Assembly (NCBI GenBank): GCA_020184695.1
Contig: JAANOX010000261.1
Location: 124,001-188,000 of the forward strand
Direction: 5' to 3'
From: Histomonas meleagridis 2922-C6/04-290x
Taxonomy: Eukaryota; Protista; Parabasalia
DNA length: 64,000 nt
In this document: piece by piece, positions 46,007 to 55,989 of the stretch
How positions within the stretch are numbered: the stretch's first letter is position 1
Layout: every line of letters starts with the position of its first letter
Position numbers and translations under genes: made by a program
Notes under the pieces: generated by a model
What the model saw: only the letters and a program-made list of their open reading frames with translations
What the model was told of the DNA's origin: nothing
The model's database searches: none

Positions 46007-46807
46007 ATGGAAAACGATATTAATATTGATGCCTTAGATAATATGATTGATTATTGTTTATATAAAAATAAACCTAAATTAAATGAAGAATTAATAAGTG
46101 AAATTCATCCAGAAGTGAATGTACCTTATAATTATTTAAATATAGCAGTAGGTAGACAAAGAAGTGGGAAAACTCAATGTATAATCAGAGAAATTATTGA
46201 AATTAGTAATATTAGTCCTAGAACTCATTTATTAATTTATATTAATAAAAATGGATTAGAAAATGATCCTACATTTGAATCATTAAAACCTTTAATAAAG
46301 ATTCCAATTTTATATGTAGCTGAAAATCAAGCAGAAGATATAGTTAAAGATATATTAAAATGGAAACAATTTTATAATGAAATTAAAAATGATCATTGGG
46401 ATAATAAAATAGTACATAATCAAATATCTGACTTATTTGAAAAATTATCAATTAATAATTTTAATAATTTAACTTTACATACTATAATATTTTTTGAAGA
46501 TTGTGCTAATAGTCCTTTATTTAAAAAACCTACTAATTATTTTAATCAATTATTTACTAAATTAGCTCATATTCAATGTTCTGTATTTTTCGCTGTTCAA
46601 TTTTGGAAATCTTTACCTGCTGAAGTTAAAGCTAATGTAAGTACTATATTTATATTTCCTAATTTCTCTAAACAACAATTAAGATATATGATTGAACAAA
46701 TACCATTGCCTTATACTAAAGATCAAATTTATTCAGTTTATCAAAAATTAACTGGTCATCAAAAAATGATTATTGATGTTAATAATCAAAATATAAAAAT
46801 TGAATAA
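46007..46807 (+). CDS. A32/FtsK-like genome-packaging ATPase (element 1)
   Basis: Walker A GRQRSGKT, Walker B IIFFED, and AVQFWKSLP...NVSTIFIF motif typical of Polinton/NCLDV packaging ATPases. Confidence 0.85.
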   Translation: MENDINIDALDNMIDYCLYKNKPKLNEELISEIHPEVNVPYNYLNIAVGRQRSGKTQCIIREIIEISNISPRTHLLIYINKNGLENDPTFESLKPLIKIPILYVAENQAEDIVKDILKWKQFYNEIKNDHWDNKIVHNQISDLFEKLSINNFNNLTLHTIIFFEDCANSPLFKKPTNYFNQLFTKLAHIQCSVFFAVQFWKSLPAEVKANVSTIFIFPNFSKQQLRYMIEQIPLPYTKDQIYSVYQKLTGHQKMIIDVNNQNIKIE

Positions 46808-46836
46808 ATTTTTTTTTTTTAAAATCATTTTTTTTA

Positions 46837-47919
46837 ATGCAACAAGATGTGATTTATGGAACACGTAGACCACGAAATGAAGATGGTACACGTATATATC
46901 CACCAATTATTAAAAAAGAACGTGAAAGATATGTTACAGAGGGTGATGCTAAATATATTTTTGATGATGATTTAAGTCATCATAAATATCATGGTGCTGA
47001 TAGTACATTAATTGATGAGAATATGAAAGCTTTAGCACATCTTATTCTTGATTTGAAAAAACATGTTAGAAAAGTTAGAGATGCACAAACATATAACGGT
47101 GCTTTGGAATATGTTAACAAACATAATAAGAATAAAGATGCAAGATATCATTGGTCAGTAAAACAAGAAGATATTAATGAAGATGGAATTCCAGATATTA
47201 TTATAAGAGATCAACATAAAAGAGCTAAATTTGTTAATGGATGGACAGTCAAAAAACAAGATCCTTATCAAGTAGCATATATGGATTATTTACAAAAGAA
47301 TTATGGTAATCCTACAAAAAGAAGACAACATAGAGCAGATGGAAAGAAGATTAAATCTTTCAATGAATGGCTAGATAGTGAAGTAAGAACAGTAAAATAT
47401 GATAAACCATTCGATGATCCAACTGTCCAATATAATCCTGAATATAATGAATTTAGGGAAAAAGTGAAAAGGGCTAATGATAACTATTATAGAGATACTG
47501 GTGTTATTGAATATTTATAAATTACATAGTACTCCAAGAAGAAGGTCAGCAAATGCAGTATTTACAAGTTTACTTGTTAAAGATGCATATAAAACTTTCG
47601 TTGATAAATATGAAGGTAATAGTGAATATCAAGGAAGAATTAGGGGTTATTGTCCAATACTTCAATTATCTGCTGCATTATACAAATTAATGGTAATTCC
47701 TAAAGTAGAAGAACTATTAAAAAAACGTAATATTCCAAATATTGAAGCAGGTAAAAAAAATATAAATTGGAGACAGGTGAAAGTTATTATTCAACTGCTT
47801 GTAAAAAAGTTGTTACTGATTTGTTAGAAGATCCTAACCATGAACAAATAATGTTAGATGCAGTTAAAAAATATGTAGTAAGTATAATTGGTACACCTAA
47901 TGGATTAGCAGATTCGTAA
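46837..47919 (+). CDS. Element hypothetical protein (~360 aa, two frameshifts) with DxNxDG motif
   Basis: ORFs 46837-47520 and 47477-47827 plus a tail to TAA 47919; contains EDINEDGIPDIII. Confidence 0.55.
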
Positions 47920-47956
47920 GTTATTAAACAAAAAATTTTTAAAATCATTATTTTTT

Positions 47957-48478
47957 ATGATTAAAATAAGTGATTTCTCACCCCATGTAGGGAAGAATAA
48001 TACTGAACATAATAGTTCTAGTGCTAATTGTAAAGTTATTATTAATAATAACAATAGTGAAACACCAGCACATTATCCTGAAGTTAATGAAGAAACATCA
48101 AAAATAATTACAAGAGAAACTGATCTTAATACTGATAATGCTAGTGCTTTATATAAACATATAGCTTTAACATTTAGTGCGATTTTAAAGACGAATAATA
48201 TGAAATTAATAGCAAATTTAATTGATAATAGTGGTAAAATTATAATTAATGCTAATGATTTAATACAAGCTATAAGTTTAATTTTAGAAATTGATTTTAA
48301 TCAAGTTAGATTAAGTTATGAAGATCCTGAACCTGGATGTTTAAAACATGTAAATCCAATTAAAAAAGTTAACTCAACTAAGATTAATGGGTATGATTTT
48401 AATTTTCAATATAATGAAGAATATAACACATTAATGGATGAATTTAATATTTCCTTAGAAAAAGTATTTATTTATTAA
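47957..48478 (+). CDS. Element conserved hypothetical protein (173 aa)
   Basis: Intact ORF with Inr. The LNTDNASALYKHIA...IDNSGKIII segment recalls repeat-encoded trichomonad hypothetical proteins (from memory, unsearched). Confidence 0.6.
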   Translation: MIKISDFSPHVGKNNTEHNSSSANCKVIINNNNSETPAHYPEVNEETSKIITRETDLNTDNASALYKHIALTFSAILKTNNMKLIANLIDNSGKIIINANDLIQAISLILEIDFNQVRLSYEDPEPGCLKHVNPIKKVNSTKINGYDFNFQYNEEYNTLMDEFNISLEKVFIY

Positions 48479-49390
48479 TAAAACATCATTGGATCTTTTT
48501 CTTTTGAAGGTATAATAATTGCATTTGGAACTGGATTTAATAAATATCTTGGTACTGACATTTTTATTCCTTTATCATTATGAATATTAAATTTACCTTT
48601 TTCAAAATTATCTACTATATAAATATCTGGTAATATTTTTGATCTTTTTTTCAATTGATCTGTGTTATAAACTGTTACTGTTGTACCAGGAGGTAAATAA
48701 AATCCTTTTTGTTTCATAATATTATAATTTAATTTATGTAAAGATAAACCAAAAGATTTTTGTTTTATTTTAGCTTCATATAATGATATTTTTTTATGAT
48801 TTAATTTAGATAATGTTTTATGATAAGTATAATTATAATTATGTATAATTTTATTCATATCATGAAGTTGAATATATTCTAAACCCATATTATCAGCCAT
48901 ATCTCTAATAGTTCTACAAATTCTATTAATTATAGCTAAAGATGAATGTATAGGATAAGATTTATTTTTAATTATTATTCTTTTAACAGGAATTATTTTA
49001 GTACCAATTAAATGATTTGAAATATATTGTAAAGGTTTTGATAAAAATGTTGTTTCTGAATCACAATGAATAATTTTAGGATTAAATAAACCTGTACCAT
49101 AAAGTTCAAATAAAGCTTTAGCTACACTTTCGATTGATTTTTTACTATGTTTATCGTTTATTTTAATATTAGTAAAAGTACCAAATAAATATCTAGTTTG
49201 TACTTCTACAGCTAATAAATAACAATAATCATAATTAAATTCATCACTATGTGAAAAAAATAAATCCATTTGATATTCTCCATTACCTCCAATATATTTT
49301 AATTGATATTTTTTATTTAATTTGAAAGGAAAATGATTTATATTCGGTTTTATTTTACCTATATTTGTGTAATTGATACTATAAGGTATA
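48475..49390 (-). CDS. Retroviral-type (rve) integrase, element 1
   Basis: GEYQMDLFF (D1, in frame upstream of the listed ATG), IIHCDSE (D2), HSSLAIINRICRTIRD (third position N), YNYTYHKTL. Confidence 0.8.
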
Positions 49391-50150
49391 TTTAATTTTT
49401 TAAATAAATATTTATTTTTATTTAAAGTTTTAAAACCTGTATTTATATTTTGGTTATCTTCATAAATATTGTAAGAATCATTTGGAGTTACATATCTAAA
49501 ATGATAAAAATAATATAAAAGATATAATGAATAAGCATAATCTAATGGAATATTTTCTGTTATATTTGAGTTAGTTAATTTTGTAATTAAGAAATTAATA
49601 AATTCTTGTATAGTTTTAGGTTTCCCATTTCAAAATCATTTTCTACTTCTTTTGCAAATATTTTATGAAGTAATTTTCTTAAAGGTGTATATTTTAGAAT
49701 AATAGATTTATAATAGTTATAATATTCATTTAATGGATATAAACCTATATGACCATCAATATAATCTATATTATATTTTTTAATAATATCATTAATTAAT
49801 TTCTTAAATTCATCAAAATCTAATTTCGTATTGATTTGGGTTCTTTTTAAAAAATTTATAATAAAACTATTAATAATGATTTGATAATATTCTTTCATAG
49901 ACTTAAATTGAATTCTATATGTGGGTGATATTGGAACACCATTTCTAACGCATTTTGTTGCTTCATCCATTAGTTTTAAAAAATTATTTAATGATAAATC
50001 AAATTTCAGAATACGAAAAATCACTCTCAAATTTTGCATTAAAAATCCGTAAAAAGAAGGCTGTTTTTCAGGTCCTTTATCATTAAGTAGAGCTAATCGT
50101 CGTACTTCATCTAATGGAGATTTATTGATGCTAGGTTCTTCTTTACCAAC
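49390..50150 (-). CDS. Element hypothetical helical protein (frameshifted)
   Basis: C-terminal ~190 aa of ORF 49587-50330 continues via a frameshift (QEFINFLITKLTNSNITENIPLDYAY) to about 49390. Confidence 0.4.
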
Positions 50151-51322
50151 TATTGAATTTAATATTGTAGTAGTTATTACTAAATCATCTGATAATTTAT
50201 TACCATCAAATAATACTACATCACCAATTTCATAATCTGCGGTATTATTTACTCTAAAATAAAAATCTCCATGTGTTGCAAAATCAATAGTATCTTGTAA
50301 AAATTTCGATTTCTCTTTTAATAACATCACCTATTGAAGCTTTATATCCAGTTCCATGTTTAGCTACACATATCCCTAAATATTCTTTATAAGTACCTGA
50401 TGTTTTAACTGATGGAATACAATCAGTTGATGAAGTATTTGTAACATATTTACCTTCATTGGTTAAAGCATAAACATTACCTGTTAAAAATACAGGTGAA
50501 CCAATTTGAAATTGTGTTAAGTCTTCTTCAACAGGTGCATTATGAGTAATAGTTGTATTTATTTGCTCTTGTCCTCCATTATCAGTAATATAATATTCAT
50601 TTCCTTCTTTTGATATAAAAGTTAATTCTGTGGTAGTACATTGTATTCTCCATGCATAATCACCTCCAAGACCATCCTTACTATGCATATCTATATAAGG
50701 CCCTGATTCTAAAATGCCATCACTTTTAATAACCGCTATTGAAGGTACACTAATATCTACATTCGAATATGAAGGAGATGAATTTAAAGCAAAACCATTA
50801 ATTGTTGAACATGTGATATTTTCTGGATTTGATACTGTAGGAATATCTGTTAATTCATTATAACTATGTGTATGATTTGTAGCAGCATATTTTGTATCAT
50901 GATTATGATCTTTCAGAGCATACTCCGTATGCATATCAATATATTGACCAACTTCTACAACACCATCTTCTTTTAATGTAATAATAGATGGCACATATAA
51001 TTTTGTATCCCATTTACCACCTTCTGAAGTTGCCAATTGAAAACCATTTAATGAATTAACTTGTACATTCCCATTTACTGTTAAATCATTATTTATTGTA
51101 TTATGAGTATGACTTTTTGTTGAATATTTTTCATCTGATTGTGATTTATTATAATATAATTGAGGTAATGTAATCGAAGTTATAGTATTAAGTTTTTTTT
51201 GTTATTTGATCATTTGTAGGGTCATTTTCTAAAAGTTCTTGTAAGTCATCTTTATCAATAATTTCAGGAGCAGCAACAACATTAGTTTTTATACCTTTCG
51301 TAGCATTCTCAATACTAAACAT
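50150..51322 (-). CDS. Fibre/spike-like virion protein (two frameshifts)
   Basis: MFSIENATKG at 51322 joins ORF 50284-51036 and the N-terminus of 49587-50330. HxH repeats (SHTHN, DHNHD, NHTHS), duplicated GFxL...VPSI...K.DGxxExGxYIDMH module, and C-terminal GSPVFLTG...YLGIC...FATHGD...IGDVV beta-rich domain. Confidence 0.6.
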
Positions 51323-51342
51323 TGATAAAAAATGATTTTTAT

Positions 51343-51685
51343 TTAATAAATTAATAATAATTCTAACATAAAATATTCTGGTTCAATTTCTTTACCATTC
51401 ATTTCTTCAAACGATATTTTAAAATTTGGTTATCTACTTTTTATACTCATATTTCTTATATTTAGTCCTGTTTTCATTTGTATAAATACAAAAATAATCT
51501 TCATAATGGTCACGTTCAATAAAATCAGCATGCATTGAAACATCAGATACTAAATATTCCTTAAATTTACACTTACATTGCTGTACTACAATATATTTAT
51601 AATTTTGAGAATCGACAAATTCAGGCGGAAAACGGTTTTCTTTTTGTGAAGTACAAAAATACGTTTTAGTCACAGGTTTAAGCAT
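51343..51685 (-). CDS. Small beta-rich minor-capsid (penton)-like protein, disrupted near the C-terminus
   Basis: RFPPEFVDS..KYIVVQQC..SMHADFI...KKYEY, then after a break PNFKISFEEMNGKEIEPEYFMLELLLIY, a jelly-roll-like ending. Confidence 0.5.
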
Positions 51686-51900
51686 TTATAAAAATAAAGT
51701 TTGCCATGCGACCAAACAATATAACCGTCGCTTTTTGACTACAAACCTCTGACCAAAGATAAATTGAATAGGATAAATGTCCGACCAAACATCACCGGTG
51801 ACATTTCGTGCTGGTTATACGAGGTTTTTGATAGGTTTATGCTAAAAGTGGTATAAAAAGTGCTATCGTTTCTCTCAAAAAGTTTCGCGTTCTCTCAAAA

Positions 51901-51916
51901 TTGAATGCGCATTCAA
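51901..51916. repeat. Perfect 16-bp palindrome
   Basis: ttgaatgcgcattcaa. Confidence 0.95.
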
Positions 51917-51936
51917 ATTTTCAAACGAATTGTATG

Positions 51937-51970
51937 GCTCACAAAAATCATTTTGATTTTTGTTGCGAGC
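51937..51970. other. Hairpin with 10-bp perfect stem, 3-nt loop and 4-bp extension
   Basis: gctc-acaaaaatca-ttt-tgatttttgt-tgc-gagc. Confidence 0.9.
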
Positions 51971-51980
51971 GGAGCGAGCA

Positions 51981-52067
51981 CACTCGGGGGATTGAAGGGG
52001 TCTGAGACCTCCGGAGGGGTCCGAAGGGCACCTCCGGGGGTCGAAGACCCCGGAAATCCCCCCAGTG
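51981..52067. other. GC-rich three-arm cloverleaf (multibranch) structure
   Basis: Outer stem cactcgggggatt (51981-93) / aatccccccagtg (52055-67), 12 of 13 pairs. Inner hairpins 51997-52011 (loop TGA), 52013-52035 (loop GAA), 52037-52051 (loop GAA). Confidence 0.85.
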
Positions 52068-52076
52068 AAAAGTAAA

Positions 52077-52153
52077 GGTCGGGGATGATCACGAGGTCCC
52101 TAGGGGCCCCGCCTCCGGCGGGGCCCCTAGGGACCTCGTGATCATTCCCGACC
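52077..52153. repeat. 37-bp inverted repeat with a 3-nt loop (near-perfect hairpin/cruciform)
   Basis: ggtcggggatgatcacgaggtccctaggggccccgcc-tcc-ggcggggcccctagggacctcgtgatcattcccgacc; one G.T mismatch. Confidence 0.98.
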
Positions 52154-52421
52154 GCATTATATACCTACCTGTGAAAGTTAAGGATGGATGAGTGTTAGAG
52201 TCGAACGTTAAGGAAAAATGAAATGTTATGTGAAATACAAGGAAGAGCAAAAAAAATGTTCAAAAATTAAATTCAATGGTGATGGGAATCGAACTTGAGG
52301 CGTTGATAAAAAACGCTACGTAAGGGAATTGAACGTAAGGCGTTAATTGAAAAAGTGAAAAACTGACATTGAAATTTAAAAATTAAAATATCTCGTTATG
52401 TGATAGTTATTTTTATATAAT

Positions 52422-52919
52422 TTACATATCAAATGATTTCTTGTCGTTTGTAGTCTTCGCCTGAACGCTCGATGCTCGCGTGTGCTCGCTATCCGGAAAA
52501 CTAATTTTTAAACCTTCAAACTCTTTCGAAAACGTGATATTTTCATTTCCAACGTAAGCATCCAATGATATAATTCTATTGTCAATTTCTTCTCGTTTCT
52601 CGACTAATTCGTCAGTGATTCGTTTTACGATGTCATTTCTGGCTTTCATAAATCTATTATTTAATTCTGCAGGAGCAATATTTACAAGTTTCTTTTCATT
52701 TGTTTTAGTAAGAATGTTATCGGTAAACTTTAAATTTACTGATTCAAGAAGTTTTAAATTCTTATCATAAAATTTAACGCCTACAAGAATATTATTATGA
52801 AGTATAGGTTTATTTGTTGGTTTATCTATCTTCACTGTTGTATTATGATTATATTTGAACTCAACGGCGGCGTAATCAATTTTATATTCTGATATCAAAT
52901 AATCTTTTAATAATTCCAT
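52422..52919 (-). CDS. Element hypothetical protein (165 aa)
   Basis: Intact ORF; a diverged copy of its 3' end recurs at 57815-57900. Confidence 0.6.
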   Translation of the reverse strand: MELLKDYLISEYKIDYAAVEFKYNHNTTVKIDKPTNKPILHNNILVGVKFYDKNLKLLESVNLKFTDNILTKTNEKKLVNIAPAELNNRFMKARNDIVKRITDELVEKREEIDNRIISLDAYVGNENITFSKEFEGLKISFPDSEHTRASSVQAKTTNDKKSFDM

Positions 52920-52959
52920 TTATTAACGGTAAAAAATTTATTTTTATAAATAAAAAATA

Positions 52960-53855
52960 ATGCGAAAAAATAATTCGGAGAATATAGATAAAAAATTTGA
53001 TGAGATAGAAGAATTGTTTGATAAATTAGAAAAACAAAACAAAGAAATTTTTAGAGAATGCAAAGATAAAACCAATACATGAAAAATTCTTATTTGCTCA
53101 AAACGGAATAACAGCATTTATAGCGCCGATGGGTTCAGGCAAATCATATCTTTACGTTAAACTCGGAGCGAAACAAGAAGTATTATTTAACGAACCGTTT
53201 TTTGAATTAATAACTATTTGTAGTACATCCTCAAAATTTGATGAAACAGTAAATACTTATAAGGAAGCAATAAAGAAAACGAAACTTGTTGCGATAAAAG
53301 ATACTGATTTGTTAGACTGGATTAATAAATATATTCGGAGAATTTTAAAATATAATTCTATCATCAAACATATCAATTCTGATTTTAAGAAAACGGATGA
53401 AGAAGTAGAAAGATTATTTATGAAATATAATTTGAATAACTCAAAGAAGAAATTAAAATACATTTCTGAAAAAGTTAGCGAAATATCAATGGAAAACTTA
53501 TCCGCATAGATGTTTGTTGATATTAGATGATTTTGCTAATCATCCTTTGCTGAGAAGTAAAGAAACGGAGATGTCAAGATTATTGAAAAAACTCAGACAC
53601 TTTAATATTAACGTTGTCATTTGTGTGCAAACAACAAAAAGTATACCAAAAGATATAAAAAGAACTTTGTCAGATATTGTATTATTTAATGGAATTGGAC
53701 AAGAAGACTTTTTCGATCTGTTGAAGGAATCACCAGCGAGTGTTTTTGACGCAAAAGTCTTATGGAAAGAATATAGCAAAATGAAAGACCCACACGGTAC
53801 GTTTAGTATTCACATTAAAGCACGAAGAGTTATTATAAATCAAAAAATGAAATAA
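52960..53855 (+). CDS. A32/FtsK-like packaging ATPase (element 2), two frameshifts
   Basis: NGITAFIAPMGSGKS Walker A. Removing one A at gaaaaag (~53470) gives EKLAKYQWKTYPHRCLLILDDF Walker B; then LRHFNINVVICVQ. Confidence 0.85.
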
Positions 53856-53871
53856 AATAATGAAATAAAAA

Positions 53872-54631
53872 TTATTTTTGATTTTGAATTTCACCAACAA
53901 ATAAATCTTCATCTGGCATTCCTTGAACAGAAATTGTTATATACATTGGATTCAGTAAATGTACTTCGTGAAGGTTTGCGTCAACGAGTGTCAACTGTAT
54001 ATGTGACAAATCATTAGAATTTATGTCAATTTCAAAATCAGCGTTTGATACAATAATCGGAAAATTTGCCGAAAAAAGAGTTATTGATTCTAAGAACGAT
54101 TTTTTTTTTTTTAATGGTTTCGTTTAAATTTCTATAAGAACTTTTTCCAACATTCGACAAAAGATATAATACTGGAGTTGATAAAGTATTTCCGACTGAT
54201 TCAGCGAATATTTCAAATGTATCTGTACCATTAAATGTTGATGGTATAGGAAGAATTTGTGAGTATAACCCTGATATTTGAATTATATTATATGAAGCAT
54301 TATTTATTGTAAAGGCATTTGAAGAAGTAAATACAATTCTTCCGGCTTCGTCGACTTCAGACGTAACGCCTGATTCTTGAATTAAAGAATTCAACAGTAA
54401 TATAAACGTTTGTGAGTTTAAGTCAGTGTAATCATTATTGAAATAGTATTTTTTACCGTTAATCTGTATAAAATCATCTTTCTCAATAACAACAATAGAA
54501 CATTTAGTCGTTAACGATGTTACAATCATTTTTGCTTGACGTGTTGGCGGTGACGGTAAGTTTACGTCAATTCTATTGTAATGTTCAGCGTCGTAGGAAG
54601 AAATTGTATAATCAATTACTGCATTATACAT
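53872..54631 (-). CDS. Minor capsid (penton, single jelly-roll)-like protein
   Basis: Beta-rich. STPVLYLLSN...LRINNSF continues after a frameshift as SANFPIIVSNADF...SNDLSHIQLTLVDANLHEVHLLNPMYITI, a Polinton penton-like C-terminus. Confidence 0.65.
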
Positions 54632-54773
54632 TTTATATATTGTAAAAATTTATGAATAACATATATAAAAAATTCAAGGGTTAGAAAAAGGGTTCATTTT
54701 TTTATTTTTTTAACCCTCAAAATTTTAATGGTACTTTTTTAACATACTTTTTTAACATTTTAATTTATGTAAA

Positions 54774-54929
54774 ATGTTTTTTATTGGTGTTTGGCTGTGT
54801 GTTATTGGAACCATTTACGTTTTAAATTCAATCGTAAATACAATGATAAAAATATATGTTGTATTTAACGAAGAGGAAGGAGATAAAAAAGAAATCCCTG
54901 AAGATATTAAAAGGTCACTTTACTCTTAA
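54774..54929 (+). CDS. Small 51-aa single-pass membrane protein (below the ORF-track cutoff)
   Basis: Intact MFFIGVWLCVIGTIYVLNSIVNTMIKIYVVFNEEEGDKKEIPEDIKRSLYS*; stop overlaps the convergent gene's stop. Confidence 0.6.
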   Translation: MFFIGVWLCVIGTIYVLNSIVNTMIKIYVVFNEEEGDKKEIPEDIKRSLYS

Positions 54930-55748
54930 AGTACAACAGTTTTTCTGTAATTATAAAGAAATACTAATTGAATAATAAACCTGCAATATTTCGGATAAAT
55001 ATTATTTTTTTACCGTTTGTTGGAAATCTAATGTTAAATGTTGAGCCATCAGTTGGCGCGTTATATAATACAGTAGGTTTTTCAGAAAAATCACCTTTGA
55101 TGCCAATGAATCGTCTCTTCGAATCACTAAATGAAGCATGAAATTCTAAATACTCTCTGTTCCAAACATTATTAAAAGTCATTACTTCCTTTTGAGTTGA
55201 CAAATAACTTATACTTTCTGACGTTACATCTTGATTTAAGAATTTCAAAAAACTTTCTAAATTAGATGTAGTACTTCCTGAATCAACAATCGCAAATTTT
55301 GCGACAAGATTTTGGGCTTTCATCCGAGCCTACATAAGTACAAGCAAAATCTAAATTGCCTGAGTCTTCGTATTCATAAGATAATCTATAACTCGCAAAT
55401 GAAGTATTAAAACTATTACAAATTGACGTTAAAATTTCAAATAAAGTATTTTGCGCCATAACTTAAATTTTAATGATACGTGGATTAGGTGAAGAACCAC
55501 TGACGCTTTCAGGTTTAGTTACTTCAAACTGTAATGAGAAAACGTGAGCGGTCGGCGTTATATCTAATCTTCTTATGCCAATAGCTTTATTCTGTGACGG
55601 AGACTCTAACCAACGTTGAGGATAACGGAAAGTATAACCATTTTTGAGGATTTAATACTTCATACTTATCTAAATCAAGATTTGTATAATTTTCTTCAAT
55701 CGGTAACTGAGACGCAGTTGTTGTAAATTGATTTTCAGTTTTATACAT
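54926..55748 (-). CDS. Second penton-like beta-rich protein (~270 aa; frameshifts and one in-frame TAA)
   Basis: MYKTENQF...LNPQKWLYFP...KAIGIRRL...FLKFLNQ...VWNREYLEFHASFSDS...FNIRF...FIIQLVF reconstructed across ORFs 55587-55844 and 54964-55323. Confidence 0.5.
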
Positions 55749-55846
55749 TTTTATCTTATTAAAAATGTCAAATTCACAGTTTGAAAAAATTGAAAATATA
55801 GTAAGAGCATTAATGAATAAAAACAGTGTTGTACACACACACACAC

Positions 55847-55891
55847 AGCGCTATTGAAGCTTCGCGTGATACGCTCGCTTCAAGCCGCGCT
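55847..55891. other. Interrupted GC-rich hairpin, preceded by a (CA)8 run
   Basis: agcgc-ta-ttgaagc-ttc-gcgt-gat-acgc-tc-gcttcaa-gcc-gcgct. Confidence 0.75.
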
Positions 55892-55989
55892 ACATAAAAG
55901 AAAGCATTAACGACGAGAGGATGATTGAAAATTAGGATTAACGGTAGGTTTTAAGGAAACATGTGCGAAAAATAAAAAAAATATTAAAA

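Larger units (their letters stand above)
45100..51690. mobile_element. Polinton/Maverick-like endogenous virus segment 1 (very AT-rich, CpG-poor); left boundary uncertain
   Basis: Dense gene cluster with packaging ATPase, rve integrase, fibre-like and penton-like genes. No TIR or TSD identified. Confidence 0.75.

Noticed and set aside
51981-52067. Cloverleaf as a tRNA gene
   Set aside because: 3-nt loops, no T-psi-C or anticodon arm, 13-bp closing stem; reported instead as a structured element.
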